54,070 nucleotides of DNA from Parcubacteria group bacterium Gr01-1014_38 (GTDB lineage: Bacteria > Patescibacteriota > Andersenbacteria > UBA10190 > CAIZMI01), in the NCBI GenBank assembly GCA_007376145.1, contig VMFP01000007.1, positions 1-54,070 of the forward strand, given 5' to 3'. Every line of letters starts with the position of its first letter. The first letter of the stretch is position 1. The notes beneath the pieces are model-generated. The model saw only the letters and a list, made by a program, of their open reading frames with translations. It was not told where the DNA came from and did no database searches. The position numbers were made by a program, and so were the translations under genes. Shown here one piece after another: positions 50,201 through 54,070 of this stretch.

Positions 50201-51932
50201 AGACGTCGTTCACCGTGAGGTTGAACCCCGCGAGGTTCAGAGTCCCCGCGGTGACGGTGAGGTCTTGGCCGACGGCGCTTATATCCATGTTGGTTGCAAG
50301 CGTCACCGTCCCGGCGGTCTTGTTGATGGTGTAGGTGCCGTCGGGTTCGTTCCCGCCGTTGTTGGTGTACGTTTGCGCGGCAGTACCGGCAAAGGTCAGA
50401 GCGACATCTCCGCCGTCCGCCGTGGTGGCAATAGTAACGTTCCCGCGCGGTTCGAGCGCACCCGGGCCATTCAAAAAGCCATTCGTCTGCGTGAAGGTCC
50501 CGGCGACAATCAGCGTGTCTCCCGTCGCGATGTCCATGCCCGAGCCGGCCGTCGGGCAATTGATGGTCAAATTGTTCAGGGTCAAGCTGGTGACCACATT
50601 CACGGTTCCGGTTCGAACATTAATCCCACCATGATTGAAGAGTATTGTTCCACTGTTATGGTTGAAAGATCCTCCCGATATTGAAAAAATAGTTTCGTTA
50701 TTATCTGTCCCGATGGAGAATGTTCCGGAGGGGGCCGTAAAGGTCCCTCCCGACTGGGTGAACACCCCATTAAGATCAACCGTTCCCGCACCTCCCACAA
50801 AGGTGCCCGCCTGGATGGTGAGATTCCCTTCCACGATGGTCGTACCGGAGGTGGGTCCATTCAACGTGACATTCGCGGCATTGAGGGTGAGCGGGGTGAG
50901 GTTTCCCCCTCCTGTGATATTTATGGTCCGCGTACCAGCGCCGGTGATATTGATCAAACCGCTCGCGCCTCCAGCGTCTCCATTACTTCCGTCAAAAGCA
51001 CTGCTGTGCGTCATCCCGCCCTGCACCTCCACGGTTCCAGGACCGCCCAAATTACCTTCGGTGAGCGTTAAGGTGCCGACGACAACCAGGGTGTCCCCCG
51101 TTGCGACATCACAGCTGTCATTATTTCCGACCCCATTAATCGTGAGGTTATTCAGAGTAAGACTCGTCACCACGTCGATGGTTCCAAGCCTGTGTCCACC
51201 TCCACTGCCATGCGCACAGGTCACCGTCCCGCTGTTGTGGGTGAAGGTTCCCCCGGAGACGGTGAAGATGGTCTCCTGAATCCCCGTCCCGAAGGTCAGG
51301 GTACCGCTCGTGCTCGTAAACGTCCCGCCGCTCAACGTAAACTTCTGGAGCGTGATGGCAGAGTTCCCGCCGGAGAACGTCCCGGCGGCTTGGACGTAGT
51401 TGCTCGAGCCGACGGTGACCGTGATCCCGGCGTTCTGGGTCACCGTCCCGACGTACCCGAGGTTGAGGTCAATGCCGGCAACGCTCAAATTCGCGTCAAT
51501 CGCGGCGTTGTTATCACAGTCCGCGTCGAAGATCGCGACATCGGCCGAGCCGGGCGCGGCACCCGCGTCTCCCCCACCGCAGGCCGTGGGATTCGTCGTC
51601 TTCCAGTTGCTCGCGACGCTCGTGTTCCCTCCCGCCGCGCCGACCCAGTAGAGGCTCGCGGCGTGGGCAGAGCCTGCGAGCCCAAAACTCATGAGGACGA
51701 GCGCCGAACAGCGGAAGACCAACCGCAGCGGAACCGCGGGGTGCTTCCGCTCGCCGGAGACGCTCTGGGGGGAACCGAGGAGGGACGACATACCCTGGGC
51801 GCTGCTCTGAATGCTGGAACGGGCCATCGGAGCAGATGGCGTGTGTCGAGCGTCGTGCGCGCCACCAGCGACAGCACGAGCGAGATCTCCCCGCTTCGCA
51901 GACGATCCCCCCCCACTAGGAGGAGTTGACAT
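47286..51932 (-). CDS. Giant secreted/surface protein with beta-helix-type repeats and a C-terminal Fn3-like domain (about 1500 aa)
   Basis: It has a signal-like segment (LVFRCSALVLMSFGLAGSAHA) and hundreds of residues of G/T/N-rich repeats (SGGTFT.., TLTLNNLTIN.., GTLT(V/I)TAGT..). The C-terminal block is ITDVSVADLTKTSAVVTWQTN... The start may be 51932, 51827 or 51791. Confidence 0.75.
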   Translation of the reverse strand: MSTPPSGGGSSAKRGDLARAVAGGAHDARHTPSAPMARSSIQSSAQGMSSLLGSPQSVSGERKHPAVPLRLVFRCSALVLMSFGLAGSAHAASLYWVGAAGGNTSVASNWKTTNPTACGGGDAGAAPGSADVAIFDADCDNNAAIDANLSVAGIDLNLGYVGTVTQNAGITVTVGSSNYVQAAGTFSGGNSAITLQKFTLSGGTFTSTSGTLTFGTGIQETIFTVSGGTFTHNSGTVTCAHGSGGGHRLGTIDVVTSLTLNNLTINGVGNNDSCDVATGDTLVVVGTLTLTEGNLGGPGTVEVQGGMTHSSAFDGSNGDAGGASGLINITGAGTRTINITGGGNLTPLTLNAANVTLNGPTSGTTIVEGNLTIQAGTFVGGAGTVDLNGVFTQSGGTFTAPSGTFSIGTDNNETIFSISGGSFNHNSGTILFNHGGINVRTGTVNVVTSLTLNNLTINCPTAGSGMDIATGDTLIVAGTFTQTNGFLNGPGALEPRGNVTIATTADGGDVALTFAGTAAQTYTNNGGNEPDGTYTINKTAGTVTLATNMDISAVGQDLTVTAGTLNLAGFNLTVNDVFTLSASGTLQLQGGETVSTIDTVSSGSTVTYDGTASYTTALAAGNTYSNLTFNGSGGVWEPNGAVTVSGTLTLTAGTFDLDGQNLTNTGGSFVNNATLRLTGGETLTGFTNDTDSGTVAYDGAASYTSLVAGNSYNHLTFNGTGGSWIHTATLDVNGTLTITAGTVNSNGQNVTLAGDWSNSGTYTSGSNTVTFDGSGAQTLTTGGTGTGQDFQNLTVNKSAGTLSLATNALDVDGTLTVTAGTFSPGTLATTVGALTVGGGTFTGGSGTHDINGAVTISSGTLTATSGTMTVSGNFTHSGGTFTHNSGTVTLDGTDQTLSGATTFNNLSKTVTTARTLTFPSGASSTQTVVGTWTAKGASGALLSLRSSTDGTQWRIDPQGTRSIEYLDVKDSNNVNATGITTAGLNITDSGNNTGWNFNSAPSAANLTTPAQATDGSGYASFQTLLSDPDNNQTRLRVQYSLDDGSNWRQAYIASASSTAGNVTVSNGSTVTYQLTGIPTNRGNALLTVAWNTKHADNGGGAIDSRPTLVRVRVTPNDSTVDGTAVTSSRFQVDDEAPRGLTSFSVAASGSTLRASWTPVAEEDFSHYELWYGRESTAVAERDATLASEWDQDNDRALTKTATVSTTIAPLSPLPDGTYTVKLWAADAFGNEATLAARTVTIDTTAPTLASDLAKPPPSLEDIAERIRRGETPSRTPTALQLQELEKAAKIRRLREARNLQEFLERLLPQGAFERLDATIASVTKTLRSAARTAIRTVRTRLASLFGFSAREFAALRTLARQSKADPPDLSLAERRDAALSDLSGFIPKVTGRLVVTTTTLWSRIRGILVRAREERLTLATESERRVARLVAPAGRGLRAASVLVRGAVETARRVYAEPLRITDVSVADLTKTSAVVTWQTNRLARGKVNFGPSPLYGEERFEDSFTTRHRLVLRLLPRGTKIFFEVLATDLRGQHAFDAYYSFTTPGE

Positions 51933-52115
51933 CGTGTATGTTTATGTTGCTGTTTATGTTGTGGACAATCAATTGCGAGTGTACAGCGATCGGAGGTTCG
52001 GGTCAACGGTGATTCCCGAAGTTCATGAGCCGTGCCGAGAACCGCGGGGACGCAGGGCGGCGGTACCCGCGCTCGAGACGGTCGCTCGAAGGATCGTTTG
52101 TGGTTCTCTTAAGCC

Positions 52116-53123
52116 CTACCGTCGAGCGGGCGGAGTCGGTGCGCGGGGTGGCCCTGCTTGGTTCGGTTCACGCGGCGGTGGTGTCCGGGTCGGCAGAGGA
52201 CGACGCGGTGTCCGTGTTGGTCTCCCCTCCACGGGGACGGAGGGGATGAGCCGGAAGGAACGGAGGTAGAGGTTCCGGTCACAGGCGTCCCGGTCGGCCA
52301 CGCGGCCTCTCCGCCGGCAGGTGAAGGCATCGCGGGTCAGCCGGACCCCGATGGTGTGTCGTCCCTGGGAGAGGACGCCGACCGCTTTCTCCTCGTAGGT
52401 GTTGTCGCCCTTCGCCCACGTCACCGTGGCGAGGGCCCGCCCGTCGAGCGTGAAGGCGGCGGAGACCGGCTTGGGCGCATCGTGCTTGATCTCCGCGCGG
52501 AGGATGCACTGGGGGGCGGAACAGGTGACGGTCCACACGCCCCGCACCCGGGGGTGCGCGAGGAGGACCACCGGCACACGCTCGTCGAGGAACGAGGGGG
52601 AGGAGTACGAAGCGTCTCCCTCGAGGCGGACCGCATCGACCGCCGCGAGGGTCAGCGGGGACCCGAGGGGCCGGTACGCGACGGTGCGGGGGATCCGGAG
52701 GAACCGGCGCGGAACCCGCTCGCGCTCGACTTCACCGTCGCCACCGCCCCCGCCTCCCGCGCCGCCGCCACTGCCTCCCGCGCCGCCGCCACTGCCTCCA
52801 CCGCCTCCACCGCCACTCCCGATCTGCGGTGGCGGAGGTGGCGGGGGAGTTGCCACGGTGAAGAGCAGGTCGGTGGAGACGGCGAGGCCGCCCGTCGTCC
52901 GGGCGCTCACGCGGAGGGTATGGGGGCCAGGAGACAGGGCCGCGGGGCTGAGAATGCCGCGGAGGTCCACAGTGGATCCGGTCTGTCCGCTCGTCCAGGT
53001 CACGACACCGAGGAGGAACAGACACACTCCCAGCAGGCCGATGAGGAGCACCGCGCGCGGTGCGGGGGGAGGCAACGGGTTCATCCGGCCACCGAAGAGA
53101 CGAGGAGACAATCGGAACCGCAT
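52116..53123 (-). CDS. Membrane-anchored/secreted hypothetical protein with a poly-Pro/poly-Gly linker
   Basis: It has the N-terminal anchor MRFRLSPRLFGGRMNPLPPPAPRAVLLIGLLGVCLFLLGVV, an Ig-like segment, the linker PPPPPPPQIGSGGGGGGGSGGGAGGSGGGAGGGGGGDG, and then a ~200-aa domain. The ATG at 53123 lies 14 nt after the upstream stop. Confidence 0.6.
   Translation of the reverse strand: MRFRLSPRLFGGRMNPLPPPAPRAVLLIGLLGVCLFLLGVVTWTSGQTGSTVDLRGILSPAALSPGPHTLRVSARTTGGLAVSTDLLFTVATPPPPPPPQIGSGGGGGGGSGGGAGGSGGGAGGGGGGDGEVERERVPRRFLRIPRTVAYRPLGSPLTLAAVDAVRLEGDASYSSPSFLDERVPVVLLAHPRVRGVWTVTCSAPQCILRAEIKHDAPKPVSAAFTLDGRALATVTWAKGDNTYEEKAVGVLSQGRHTIGVRLTRDAFTCRRRGRVADRDACDRNLYLRSFRLIPSVPVEGRPTRTPRRPLPTRTPPPREPNQAGPPRAPTPPARR
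52752..52793. repeat. Perfect 21-bp tandem duplication inside the Gly-rich linker
   Basis: GCCTCCCGCGCCGCCGCCACT occurs at 52752-52772 and again at 52773-52793, followed by a partial third unit. Confidence 0.85.
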
Positions 53124-53136
53124 GGCGGAACGCACC

Positions 53137-54070
53137 CTACGGGCAGCTCGGATACGGGTAGGCGGCCTCGGTCTCGAACGGATCCTCATCGCGCGGGAAC
53201 GAGAGCGGGCGGCCGTCGAGGGCGAAGGAGGTGCAGGCGATGGGCACGCCGGGGGGGATCGAGAGCAGGGCGTGGATGGGCAGGGGCCGTGACGGATCCA
53301 CGTTCTGACCGGCAATCGGCGAGCGGTAGAGAAGGCCGGGCAGACCGAGGGCGACGGTCGTGAACGTGCTGTCACCGGAAACCGCAAGATTCCCCGCCGC
53401 GTCCCGGGATTTGACGCGGTAGTGATAGAGCGTCGTGGGAACCAGACCGCTAAGGGTAGCGCTGTGGCCGGTCACGAGGGCAGGGTTCGCCGGCGTGCTG
53501 CTCCCGTAGGTCGTGGTGAGGCCGTACTCCACCTGGGTGTCGCTCGGCTCATCGGTCGTCCAGGTGATTGTGGCTCCCGTGGAGGTGACGTTGGAGGAAG
53601 CCACCAGAGAGATCACCGGAGGGGTGGTGTCCGGCGCTCCAGGCGTCAAGGTGAAATCCACTTCCCCGGCTTGCGCGGCAAAGCGAAGCGTCCCTGTGGA
53701 GGTCGTAGTCTGGGTGAATGTCCGCAACACCGTGCCGGCACTATTCCGAGCAAGGACCGTATAGCCTCCCCCGGTCCCGGGCTCAAGGTCCGTCACCAGG
53801 TGATTGGCCAGCACGCTCGAGGTTTGATACCGCACCGTTCCGCCAACGCGTTCCGTATTTCCCACCAGCACGGCCCAGCCGCCTTGGGCCTGAATCTCCG
53901 CCCCTTGCAGCGCACCCGCCAGCACCGTGACGCTGCGCCGCGCGGAAGCGGCCGTCTGCGTCATCGGCGCTACTTCGAGCACATTCATCACGTAATCGAG
54001 ATTGCGATTGTTCGCCGTCGTCACGGTCAGACGGTGACTGGTCACCTGCCCGCGGCTGATCATCGGCGTC
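53137..54070 (-). CDS. Secreted Fn3-domain protein (N-terminus beyond the window edge)
   Basis: The ORF is open to the window end. It has the Fn3/PAP-N-like block TGATITWTTDEPSDTQVEYGLTTTYGSS..HSATLSGLVPTTLYHYRVKSRDAAGN. Confidence 0.65.
   Translation of the reverse strand, partial: TPMISRGQVTSHRLTVTTANNRNLDYVMNVLEVAPMTQTAASARRSVTVLAGALQGAEIQAQGGWAVLVGNTERVGGTVRYQTSSVLANHLVTDLEPGTGGGYTVLARNSAGTVLRTFTQTTTSTGTLRFAAQAGEVDFTLTPGAPDTTPPVISLVASSNVTSTGATITWTTDEPSDTQVEYGLTTTYGSSTPANPALVTGHSATLSGLVPTTLYHYRVKSRDAAGNLAVSGDSTFTTVALGLPGLLYRSPIAGQNVDPSRPLPIHALLSIPPGVPIACTSFALDGRPLSFPRDEDPFETEAAYPYPSCP

Overview
This is a densely packed, high-G+C bacterial chromosome segment (roughly 60% G+C by eye) that is mostly housekeeping. 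The gene repertoire suggests a reduced-genome organism, possibly CPR/Patescibacteria-like, but that is inference only. I can support about 50 protein genes and 12 tRNA genes, all with genomically encoded CCA.

Recognisable content:
- a B12-dependent class II ribonucleotide reductase interrupted by a LAGLIDADG intein, followed by a corrinoid adenosyltransferase, thioredoxin and a BtuF-like binding protein
- many DNA-repair nucleases (rnhB, nfi, nfo, udg, mpg, yraN)
- a tig-clpP-rny-ybbR block
- nusA, a K+-independent H+-pyrophosphatase, a P-type ATPase and typA
- isolated pyrC and purE-purC
- two recognisable type II toxin-antitoxin (TA) pairs (RelE/ParE-type and HicBA)
- a TasA-like/SipW pair
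- a minus-strand cluster of very large beta-helix/Fn3 surface proteins next to an orphan receiver and a His-less DHp-only membrane protein

The window opens with an 11-unit CRISPR array (37-nt repeat, 30-35 nt spacers). No cas gene is visible on its right flank. A 450-bp ORF-poor, hairpin-rich region there contains a half-copy of the repeat.

The strongest leads for something undescribed are:
1. the CRISPR array plus its structured flank (a tracrRNA-like candidate)
2. a 1.5-kb two-gene islet bounded by copies of the tRNA-Ala 3' end
3. a promoter-to-terminator ~400-nt non-coding unit upstream of nusA
4. a sharply low-G+C mosaic patch with GGAACAT palindromes inside the O-antigen-ligase-like gene
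5. a tRNA-Ile with anticodon UAU

Many long ORFs in the six-frame track are antisense artefacts of the high G+C content and were not called.
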